From positions 1,860,001 through 1,924,000 of the forward strand of contig NC_092672.1 in the NCBI RefSeq assembly GCF_964355755.1: a stretch of DNA of 64,000 nt, given 5' to 3'. The translations under genes were made by a program, and so were the position numbers. The notes beneath the pieces are model-generated. The model worked only from the letters and a program-made list of their open reading frames with translations. It was not told the DNA's origin and ran no database searches. Below are positions 7,752 to 18,100 of this stretch, piece after piece. The first letter of the stretch is position 1; each line of letters opens with the position of its first letter. The DNA comes from Antedon mediterranea (taxonomy: Eukaryota > Animalia > Echinodermata).

Positions 7752-9949
7752 GAGTCTTCTTCATCTACATCGAATTCATGTTCGACTAGATTTAGCCTTC
7801 TGTTTTGCTTGAAGTTTGATTTATTATTATGTGGTCTATTTGAATTATTGGGAGTCTTGGTGGGGCATTCCCTTGCGAAATGACCCTCCTCACCGCAGGA
7901 GAAACAGCCGGCCCCTCTCTCTGGAGATCTACGTCGAGCCGGGGATGGTTGCCTCTCGCGCGGCCTATCAAGGCGATCTAATACCTTGTCCATTTTCGAA
8001 CAAAGGGCCGAGACCTGTTCTTGCAATTCGTTTATTCGGGTGTTGGAAGCATGAACAGATTCCCGGTCCAGAGAACGATCTCGATATCGGGCACCATGGG
8101 GCGATTGCGGACGTGCAAAACGCACCACGCGCCGTTTATCCTCCCTTTTAGTTAATTCATTAATCCGCCCAAAGTCACCCTCAGCCTGCAAGTTGCACTC
8201 CTGAACACTAGGTTCTGGGTACACCTGGCAGACAGTGGATGGCTGAGGTGGAGTTTCTGGCAGATGTGTAGTTGGTGTTGAGGCCAATTTAGGTGTTATT
8301 ATTGGTTCATCGTTGACACTCTGGTGCCATTCGATAAGTCGGATAGCTTCAGGAATTGTTTTGGGCCGCTGCAGGCTAGCAAATTTGCCGCTTGGCCTAT
8401 CAACACACCCACGACAAAACTTTAAAGCTGCCATTTCTTGGATCCAATGATTGGTGGCCCCTTCACCCCCTTGCGTTCTATACGCCTTGGCTGCGGCTTT
8501 AAGCACTCTGGCTCCCCACTCACGTAGGGACTCCAGGTCTTTTTGGATAAGTTTCTCAAATTTTGCAGCCAGAAGAGATTGGTCTTGGGCGGAGCCAAAG
8601 TATTCGTTAAAACTAACGATGAGCCTCTCGTAAGAGACTGCACTACCATGCAAGGTCAGCAACGTTTGTAAGTACGCGGCTGCCTGGCCCCTCATGCTCA
8701 TGTGGAAAGCTTCCTTGCGTTCGGCCCTAGACCATCCATTAATCTGGGAAAATCCCTCAAATCTATCATGGAATATTCCCCAGTCGTCATCCCCACCGTG
8801 GAATTCTAGATGTTTTTGCGGCCTGAAAGGCTGTTGACCCCGATGATCACCGCGGCCCCACTCGTCCCGCAAGGGTAGGCGGTCAAGCCTATTCCTCTCG
8901 GGGCGAGGAGGTCGAAGGAATCGTCCGAGATCGTGCTCATAATTTTGATGATCATTTCTCCCACCATAATCACCCATCTGATAATTATCTCGGTTGATGT
9001 TTTGTAAGGGTGGTGGTGGTTGATTATAATTCATTCCAGGGGCGGAAGGATGACGAGGACGATAGCAATCGTTGTCCAGGTACCCCCGGTTGTAATTATC
9101 ACCTCCGTACCCATGGTCACCTTGAGGGTAGGAAGGTCGAGTTCCCCATGAGGGATCTCGGTTCTTATTTTGAGCAGTAGGGCGTTGAGGTAGGCCATGT
9201 TCAACAGCGGCATCCCCCCGTCCTACGTTGGTGTTACAATTTATTTCTTTTTCTCGATCCGAATGATCGGGAGGGTAGCCGTGTTCTACAGCTGGATAGC
9301 CATAAAAACCAGCCCCAACCCGGTCATAAGGATGGGCGTCTTCGTTTCCCCCAGCTCCCGTGCGAGCACATGTACTGGGAGACGGTGAAGTATCCACCAT
9401 GTGCACTCCAGAACGGTCAAGAGATCTACCCCGACCAGCAGCAACAGGGCCGCTGGTCGCAGTGTCACCCCTTCTCATTGGAGTACGTGGAAAAACCTCA
9501 TCGCCACCCGTATCGCCCGCCCGGTGGTTGTTGTGGAGCGTACGGGAATCTGGGTTGCTAGGCACGCTTGCCTGGTCTGCATAGCGTTGATCGCCTCCGG
9601 CCCCCGGATGCAAGGATGGGTCGCTCGGCAAAGGTGGTACGGGGGTGCAGGCCTGCTCGGGAGCTTGATCGTGCTCTCCCGAACCGTTACCAGCATCTCC
9701 ATACCCCCCAGTCGGCGGTCCCATTCTCACATACCGAGAGTTAATGGCATAGTCCATGTTAAAGGACAAAAAGTCGAACGAATTATCGCCGACTGCCCGT
9801 GCTAGATCTTGTGGGTTTGTGATATTCCCATAATTATCCCTGTAGGCCCTGATTTTCTCGGCCAAGGGTGGGGGTAAACCCTGTGGGAAATCTTTCGCCC
9901 TACGGACAAAGTTGATCTTAAAAGGTATTGGTTCGATGGTTTTTGGCAT
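7739..9949 (-). CDS. gag: Gag (736 aa): N-terminal HhH-like segment, long disordered region, capsid-like core, CCHC zinc knuckle
   Basis: CFSCGEEGHFAREC knuckle (7865-7906); capsid-like FHGGDDDW..F..RFE...NGWS and QKDLESLREW motifs; lies upstream of pol. Confidence 0.92.
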   Translation of the reverse strand: MPKTIEPIPFKINFVRRAKDFPQGLPPPLAEKIRAYRDNYGNITNPQDLARAVGDNSFDFLSFNMDYAINSRYVRMGPPTGGYGDAGNGSGEHDQAPEQACTPVPPLPSDPSLHPGAGGDQRYADQASVPSNPDSRTLHNNHRAGDTGGDEVFPRTPMRRGDTATSGPVAAGRGRSLDRSGVHMVDTSPSPSTCARTGAGGNEDAHPYDRVGAGFYGYPAVEHGYPPDHSDREKEINCNTNVGRGDAAVEHGLPQRPTAQNKNRDPSWGTRPSYPQGDHGYGGDNYNRGYLDNDCYRPRHPSAPGMNYNQPPPPLQNINRDNYQMGDYGGRNDHQNYEHDLGRFLRPPRPERNRLDRLPLRDEWGRGDHRGQQPFRPQKHLEFHGGDDDWGIFHDRFEGFSQINGWSRAERKEAFHMSMRGQAAAYLQTLLTLHGSAVSYERLIVSFNEYFGSAQDQSLLAAKFEKLIQKDLESLREWGARVLKAAAKAYRTQGGEGATNHWIQEMAALKFCRGCVDRPSGKFASLQRPKTIPEAIRLIEWHQSVNDEPIITPKLASTPTTHLPETPPQPSTVCQVYPEPSVQECNLQAEGDFGRINELTKREDKRRVVRFARPQSPHGARYRDRSLDRESVHASNTRINELQEQVSALCSKMDKVLDRLDRPRERQPSPARRRSPERGAGCFSCGEEGHFARECPTKTPNNSNRPHNNKSNFKQNRRLNLVEHEFDVDEEDSLND

Positions 9950-12322
9950 CCCTGGAAGATAAGAAAAATCCTTCCCAATTAGTTTTATTCTTCATTTATA
10001 GGCCTGGTAAGTACTCCCGTCCCCCCGTGCATCCAACCAGCGAGCGGAGGTAGCATCGGTCTGATGCTGTTTCGATGATTATTTTTGCGTCTCACTCGTT
10101 GGGTGCCCAGAGAGAACAGGGGTAGTACCAGCCCAATACACACCTAGCGCTAATCACAGTTCAATCAAATATAATTACAATGTAAGGGTTACCTCCCCCA
10201 TCACAAAAATTTTAGCTAATTATGTGTACATATAATGATTTATGGGCACTCACATTATGCCACGAAAATAAAATAAAAGGACTACACAAATAGTACAGGT
10301 TAATGAAAAGAATATATGATATACAAGGCATGTGATAAGAGATACAAATCGTTACCAGATGTTATTATAGCCAAGTGTCAATGACATGGGCAAAACAAAA
10401 CATTACAGATTACACACTGTGACAGTTAAGAATCGAAATTCATACAAGACATGTTGAAAAATAATCATGATAAGAATAAGAACATACAAGAACATGCGAA
10501 AATAAATGAGACAAGACACGGAAAAAATTTTATTTTGAAAGAAAAAGGCATACAAGACATATAAATAATTCTAGGCAAAAACCTAAGATAATCAATAAAT
10601 AAATAAATATGCCTAAAGTATCACAAAAAATAATATTCTAACCAAAAATCAATAAATATTAATAAAATAAATATAGGTACCGGCCTAGCCTGTACCCTAC
10701 AAAATAATTCAATTCAAAAAATCTATGCTAAATAAATAGTACTGTACACTAATTCAAGACATACTAAAAATAATAACAACAGGAATAATTAAGCCTATGC
10801 ATAATTACCCCAAAAAATTAAAATAAATCATGAAAATAATAGGTAGGAAATTCAACTAGAATAACCACCTAATAAATAAAACATCGTCTAACTAAAACAA
10901 TAAAAATTTACTAAATAATTTTACGTCGAAAATAGTTCAATAAAAATAAAATAAATCAATCGGAAAATAACTTAATTCCAAGCAAACAATATACACGAAT
11001 GAATAAATAAATAAATAATAATCCTAATGTCATTCCCACCCAAGTGGGAGAGACAAAATAACTATAATCTAACTACCCCGCGATAGCACAGGCCAGAAAA
11101 TTCCAGCACGTCTATCGTCAGGCCATAAATCAATCCAGACAATACACAGACCGGGAGACGAGCTCTCCGTTCTGCATAAAACTAAAATCTAAAAATAGTA
11201 AGGAGTATCCCTATATTATTCTACCAATCAGAATACAGTACTCACCTAGCGTCATCATCGAAAGTCGTAAACAACTGTTGACCTCGTTGATGCAAGCAGC
11301 TATCCGCGAGGGTAGCAAGCGAATGCGTGCTCGCGATTGGCTAGCGATGAATCACACGTGAGAAGACTGATAGGCAGAAAGTTGCTGTTTGCTCAGGAAT
11401 GGCGGCATTCTCAAAGCAACGGCAGTGTAGATAAACTACTGTTTAACCCCGTTGTTCGTGAACACAAGTCGCCAAACCCGAGTCGGATTACCCTAACAAG
11501 CAACACCCTCCAATAACCTCGTTCTGTTGGTCGTAGGTTATGGTAGTGTAATTTAAGGATTAAAAATAATGATAATAAAAATCGTGGATTTGAATAAGCT
11601 AATAAATAATCAAAATACGCGAGAGATGCCAACCACAAAAAATGGCGTCACTCACTAAAAAATTGTTTCGAAATTAAATTTAATATTTTTCCTACAAATT
11701 ATAAATTTGCTAATTATTATGTTTTGTACATTTTTCCAATAATATTCTGAATCACGGGCCAGACATATTCATTGTTCTGGAATCACGGGCCCAGTGCGTT
11801 AAACATACAATAAAAAACGCTGTTCCATGTTCACGTGCATGGTATGTACGTAGCTTCGGCTAGGTCACGGGCCCAGGGCCCAGCCACATCGCTACACACA
11901 CTAATATCTTTTTCGGATCATTAGGAAATAAAAAATGTACCTATCCGAAGAATCAGAGTACAAATGGGTCCCCCATAAATATACTGTCTGACAATTCGGA
12001 TTACGGCACAAATCCAAGACGGAGAAATAATAATATAATTTACTATAAACAACTCCCGACGGCTCGACCCCATCGATCGGACGAAACCTGCAGGCACGAC
12101 AGCAGATTTCGGCCGCGAGACGGAGACGAGTCGTTGACGAGGTGGGAGATGGGTAGTGGGACGTGCTGCCCAGCAAACACAGAGGTCGTTCCTCCAGCAT
12201 TGCCTCTGGGCAACACCACAGGGCGAAACGAGATGTGCGAACTAGAACAACACTCCTACCTTCCCAAACAGCTACACGCGGTTGACAGTGTCCCCCGCCG
12301 AGGCAAAAGGAACACCAGTTTA

Positions 12323-12333
12323 CCTCGTCGCCA
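12323..12333 (-). other. Primer binding site, complementary to the tRNA-Ser(GCU) 3' end
   Basis: TGGCGACGAGG starts 1 nt after the 5' LTR; complementary to CCUCGUCG-CCA, the 3' end of metazoan tRNA-Ser(GCU) as recalled. Confidence 0.85.
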
Positions 12334-12334
12334 T

Positions 12335-12654
12335 TAAAGAGACTGTTTATGTTTACTTATTAACCTAGGAGGACAATTAAGTCTCTTCGGTGTAACTACA
12401 CACTCATCATTTGTACTCACCTAATCCTTTCTAGGCTGGTACGTGATGGGTATAGTTTGTGTCCTTCTTTGGTTGTGTCTTCGCTTCAAGAGAGAGAGTT
12501 TTGCCTCTCGCACATTCAACGCCTGGGGCTGGTCGTGACGTATCTCGCCACTGGCCAGTCCCAGGGCCGGATTCGGGGGTTGAGTGCGCGTAGGCCCGGC
12601 GATTGGCTGTGACGTATAGATGACGTAACCACTAGCCAATCGCCAGGCACTACA
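12335..12654 (-). repeat. 5' LTR (320 bp, TGTAG...CTTTA)
   Basis: No mismatches to 363-682 found by eye; followed on the minus strand by 1 nt and then the PBS. Confidence 0.96.
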
Positions 12655-13257
12655 TCTCCCCAGTACAAGGACTGATGGATAGATCTCTTCACCAGTCGGT
12701 ATGATTTGGTTGGCTGGTAACAGGAATCCATAATCACCAGTATCTCGTAGCTCCACCACGTATGAGTAGTTGGTTCCTAAGACACCACACGCCCAGTCAA
12801 GACTGGAACCTGAAGAAGCATCTGCAGTAAGAAGAACGATCACACAGATTATAAACTTGAAAACATCATGACTGATGAATCATTTTCATGAATTTACGTT
12901 TAGGCCTAGGAATCAGATTTTAAAAACCTTGCATCATGCAAATTCTCGCCTTGGTGGCTTATTCGAGATATGTAAAGATAAATATACTGTATACCCTTGT
13001 GAAGTCGTCTATGTATTGTGATTATATTCCCTTCTTTTCAGTACCGGTACAGCAGAAAACGACCCCACATTACATCAAGCAAGTATCAAGCAAGGATGAT
13101 TCCATATTTAATACATCTTAGAATGTGACATAAACATGGCATAATTGTAAACTTACACAATGTTTCAGCCAATGGACCGGATGTATATTCTTTCCCATGA
13201 ACCTTCTTGATTTCCGCTACAGCCTCATTTCCAAGAGCAAGCTACAGAAATGGTTAA

Positions 13258-13613
13258 AGGCCCATTTACACTAGGAGGATAACGATCGACGATAAATAGA
13301 CAAATGTGCATTTTTCATACATAAAACAAAAGAAATATAAAAACTTTTCATTGTAGAACTATAGAATAACCATCTATGCTTCCTTTGATGAAAATGATAT
13401 TTTCACACGACAATACAATGATTTTATTGTTTTTATTTATCATGACGTCTGATTTGATTGGAATTTTAAAAATATTATTTTTATCAAAGACAGCATAAAT
13501 GATTATCCTATAGTTCTAGAACGAAAACCTTTCTAAATTTACTTTGTTTTATGTAAAAAAAAAATGCATGTTTATTTATCGTCCATCGTTATCGTCCTAG
13601 TGTAAATGGGCCT
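13258..13613. mobile_element. PIF/Harbinger-type foldback MITE
   Basis: About 40-bp TIR AGGCCCATTTACACTAGGA.GATAACGAT.GACGATAAATA; TAA on both flanks; interior also imperfectly palindromic. Confidence 0.85.
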
Positions 13614-13832
13614 TAATACTGGACGTTACAAAATGTACAATGACCATTTTAATGTGACAGGCCTTGCCTAGACAGGCTAATATTTTATATTAGGCCTTGT
13701 ATAGCCTAGATAATTCTTATATTTCCCTGACGTCACCGTTTATATTTATAGTGAGTCTATTTAACGTGCAGCGCATGCGCTCTCCACACTGTACGCTCAG
13801 ATCTGGTTCGTCACGCGAGATGATATATTTAA

Positions 13833-15197
13833 AGTGGAGCTCCACCCAGAAAATTACTATTTTTCATACATTTCAACTATTATTTAAAAATATCATCCCT
13901 TATACTTCATATTTTTTTGAATTTTTTTTCAATGAGTACGATTTTCTTGAAAATCACGCCTTTTTGCGTTTTGGGGGGATACCTTGTAATTTCCTATTCT
14001 TTTACATGCAAAAGGGGGGTATATTTGAATAATCCTAAAAAATTCATTTCTTCACCAAAAAAAAAATGTAAAATGTAAATTTATGTAATTTTTCCAGATC
14101 TTTCTATTTCTGGTATCTTTATCACGTATACATTGCGCAATTTTGCGTAAATAGACACTTTCCCCCGTTCGGGTCCAATTGGGTTTTTTATTTTGCTAGG
14201 GAGTACGATCACGTGACATTTTTCACAATCGCACTACTGCAGCTGGCGATCTGTTATTTTGTCGCGATGTTATTTTTGACGGGCGAAAAGTATATTAAAA
14301 CATTCTGAATGTGACCCTATTATATTTCACAGTGTAATAATGTGATTATGAGACTATTACTAAAATGTCAAATTTAACGAGATTTGAGAAAGACGTGGCT
14401 ATACAGTATATTCAATAAAGCTAGGCCTAGGCCTACTAGAGTGTAGGTATGTACCGATCCTGCGTGGCCTCTAGCTAGGCTAGGCTGACAGCAGTGAAGT
14501 TTGTTTTGCTGGCACCCGACCTTGGCCTACCCATGGGCCATGATAGGGTGCCTGAATAGTTGCTTTTCAGTCAGGTCTAAGCTTGCACATCGCTTTACTA
14601 CTCTTGTTCTGTATACTATAGGATTTTGTGTTTCACAATTCTTAATGTGCGAGAAAACCCAGGAACGATAAATGGGGGCGAAACGACCATGCCTATGAAT
14701 ACATAGGCCTCTAGACAAAAATTCAAGGCTAGCTAGGCTGAGCACACGGCTGAGCTAGGCCTAGCCCTAGCTTAAAGTTAAAAGCAATCTGATAAGATTA
14801 TTATGCTGTTGTTGTACAGTGAAAATCATGAGGTTACATGTAAATTATACTGACATTCTTATCGGAAATATTACTTAGGCCTAAACAAATCGTATTAATT
14901 GTGTGTATAAAATTTATTCCCCATTTTTCGACACATAATTTACCCAAGGGGAGACATTTCATCAATGCGTTGAACGGCGACTAAAACGCGTCAGTCGCTA
15001 AGTGTATTGTAAACTAATAACCCCTAAGTTACTGAAAAACTGTAATGTGTTAAAAAACACTATTTTCTGACCGATTTTTTAGAAATGAGTTTTTGGAAAA
15101 TATTTCCGTATTTTTCCTGTTTTTTTTTATGTAATCACTTTCAATTAAACATACTTAAACATAATATAAGCTGAGAATGTCTGAGTGTAGCTCCACT
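13833..15197. mobile_element. Non-autonomous TTAA-targeting DNA transposon (Kolobok-like)
   Basis: TTAA at 13829-13832 and 15198-15201; TIR AGTGGAGCT(C/A)CAC(C/T)CAGA; purine-purine termini; no transposase ORF. Confidence 0.8.
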
Positions 15198-18100
15198 TTA
15201 AGTTAAGTTTAAAAGTTAGGCCTATGTGCTCACTTGTTGATCTGCGCCTTTTGGTGCTGGGGCAGCAGCAGAGTACGACCATGGTGCAAGCCAGAGCTGT
15301 GTATAGCTGTGCCAGTCTACATACACGGACTTCTTGCGTCTCAAATTTTCTAGATATTCAGTTACCAATTTGACTTCAATCTCTGAGTTTGGTTCACTCC
15401 CTCGGTATGTGAGTGTACACGGCCATGTACTGGCTCCCTCACCTGTAAATTTGTTAAAAAGATGATCGTTGAAAATGTTTTGCGTTAGCTTAGTGCAGTG
15501 AAAAGTTGCATATTACAAGAATACATTTGTAATGTTTAATTTACGTATGCCCCTACTTGAATGTATTAACTTATATTATATAACACCTAAATAAATTCTA
15601 AACTTCTTACGAAAGTTATTTTTTAAAAATCGAAAGTAAGGAAAAGAAATATAGTAAAGAACATTATTGTATTGTAGTATTACATCCCCATTCATAGGGC
15701 CAGTTTCTGTTGGGGTCAGTTCCCATGCACGGTGTGCCCGGATTCGGGGATCGAGTTTTACGCCAAAGACGATCCTAAAAAAATGTTGAAAAAAGATTGT
15801 GTTAGATAATACCATCAATAGTTTTCATTATCAACACATCTTTGTATTCTCTACAGCTTGCTTAGGCCTACTATATTCGTTTGCCTATTCTTACCACGTA
15901 TGTGGTTCTGAAAATAACTTTTGAGTTTCTGGGCGTTGTTGCTGACTAATAAAGATACTAAAAGAATGATTTTATGATAAATTATTATAATGGAAAAGAT
16001 GATGCTGTAAAATGTTGTGATGAGGATACTTAAAACATACTTATTTATTTCATTTCAACAATATTTTATGAGGATGGTGATGATATTAAAAAGTAAAAAC
16101 GATGGTAATGATACTCTAAAGTAGCGTCACTGCAAGTTCATTCATTCATCAGTGGAAAATTACTTCTATTTATTGTCATTTGGATATAGGCCTATACATA
16201 GAATGATGTATTATTTAATATGTTTCGTAACTCTGTACCACGATATTGATCATGGAAAAGGTGCTATGACGTAATTGCCAGAAGATTAATTTACATAATA
16301 TGTCCGGTGGTAAAAAAGTACATAGCTAAAGATTGCTGATACTTTCAGTCGCAAAGTTTTTATATTTTCAAGCAAATTTATTCCAAAGTATGCAATAATC
16401 AAATACAGATGTTACTCAAGCTGCTACGGTATTACACTAATTTGTAGGCAATGTAATGTGATGATTATTGTGAGCATAACATAAGAAAGTTGACTATAGG
16501 ATGTAGGCAGTTATTTGTTCTAATCTTGGGGACTTACCCCGCTCCATGTGTACGCATAGCCGTCCACATTGAGTGAAGGCACTATCAGCCAATCCAAGCC
16601 GTCCAGAAGACGTACTTCCTCGGCGCTACCGGCAACATAATTCTCAAGTAGCTATAAGATAAAAGGCATTATTAAAGCTATGTGGCGGGGGTAGGGGGGG
16701 GGGGGTGGTGATTGTGAAGAAAGATAAAGATAACAATTTGTCTGTAATCTGAAGACTATCAAACCACGTGGATAGACAGTATATAGTAAGATTAAATATA
16801 CTGTAAACAACATTATAAGTACAACATTTTCAACAAAAACATTTTTTTTTTTAAATAAAACAAACTTCTTACTCTGTTGGTGAAATACATCACTGTAGCG
16901 GGTGAAATCCATTCTCTTCCCATTCAACTGGTTTTCCTTGATTACCAGATCCCTTTATCTATTGTATTAAGTTTTAGAAAATTTCTTAAGAAATAATAAG
17001 AATAATAATAATATTATTGCATTGCAATCTGGGATGACGTAATAAACGTCTGTCTTACTAAGCGGGCAACAGCATTTGTAGACGTTGCAGGACCCATACT
17101 CGGTTATTAGGAAGAGTTCAAAAGTTTGACAGAAAATGGTATGATATGACGTTATCTTTTCCATTTGTTCATAAAGTTTGATAGTGTAGACAGAGCTTTA
17201 GGGTTCCTCATACCTTTATTCCTCCAATTGGTCTGCCTTTATACGAATTACCAATTGTAAATGCTTCTGTTATCCCTGGGTACGCGGCTACCATATCTTT
17301 AATCCATTGCTGAATCTAGATTTTAAAAAAAAGAACTATTTTTAGTCATATCCGGTTTCCTATTATCTACTAATATGAAAAAAATGAATTTCAAAAATTA
17401 TGTATTTTTGACACATTTTGAAGTTGTATGTAAATACTGTTCTTACCTCGTCGTACGTATGATACTTAGCATCGTCAAATGACGCTAGTCACTACTGGTC
17501 ACGCGGTCAACCATTCTCTGGTCATCTATAACTTTCTGGACATCATCCATCATCACATCAAATTCTAGGCCAGCAGCTTCAAGAAGTGTTTTGACATAGT
17601 GTTGTTCTTGTGGTTTTACCATGATGTCAACTGGTCTGGAGAGGACTCGTGTAGATTGCCAAAACTCCACTCTGTCTCCAAGTCGTTTTTCCATTTTATG
17701 CATCAGGTTCAGCTCACGTTCAGAATTTAACGTCACGCGGAAAACTTTATAACTGATTAATAGAAGAACGATGATTTTTTACAAAAGCACGAGAGAGAAT
17801 GGATGGAGCATGCAAGGAAGCAAAGAAAATAAAGCTGACATGATATGGTCATGTGCTCCGTTTAAATGATGATCACACGTAGGCCTACACAAGCCAAAAT
17901 TGCACTTAGAAAACCTCAGCAAAAGATCAATAAAATGACAAGCATTCAGAGAAACCAAACTGTTCACACACGCTAAAAAACGCACAGATAACACGCGCGC
18001 GCGGTATCTAAACGACGATCTAGCATTCATATGACATGTTTTGTGACTATAGTGACATGTTTTGTTAATATCTAATAAATAGACGTTTTTCGTTAAGATT

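Larger units (their letters stand above)
363..12654 (-). mobile_element. Full-length Ty3/Gypsy LTR retrotransposon (gag, -1 frameshifted pol with C-terminal PHD finger, extra ORF3)
   Basis: Direct repeats 363-682 and 12335-12654; TSD TCTC at 359-362 and 12655-12658; PBS next to the 5' LTR and PPT next to the 3' LTR; domain order PR-RT-RH-IN; uninterrupted ORFs. Confidence 0.97.

Noticed and set aside
2307-9805. Plus-strand and nested ORFs over gag/pol/ORF3
   Set aside because: Shadow ORFs of GC-rich coding sequence with no recognisable motifs.
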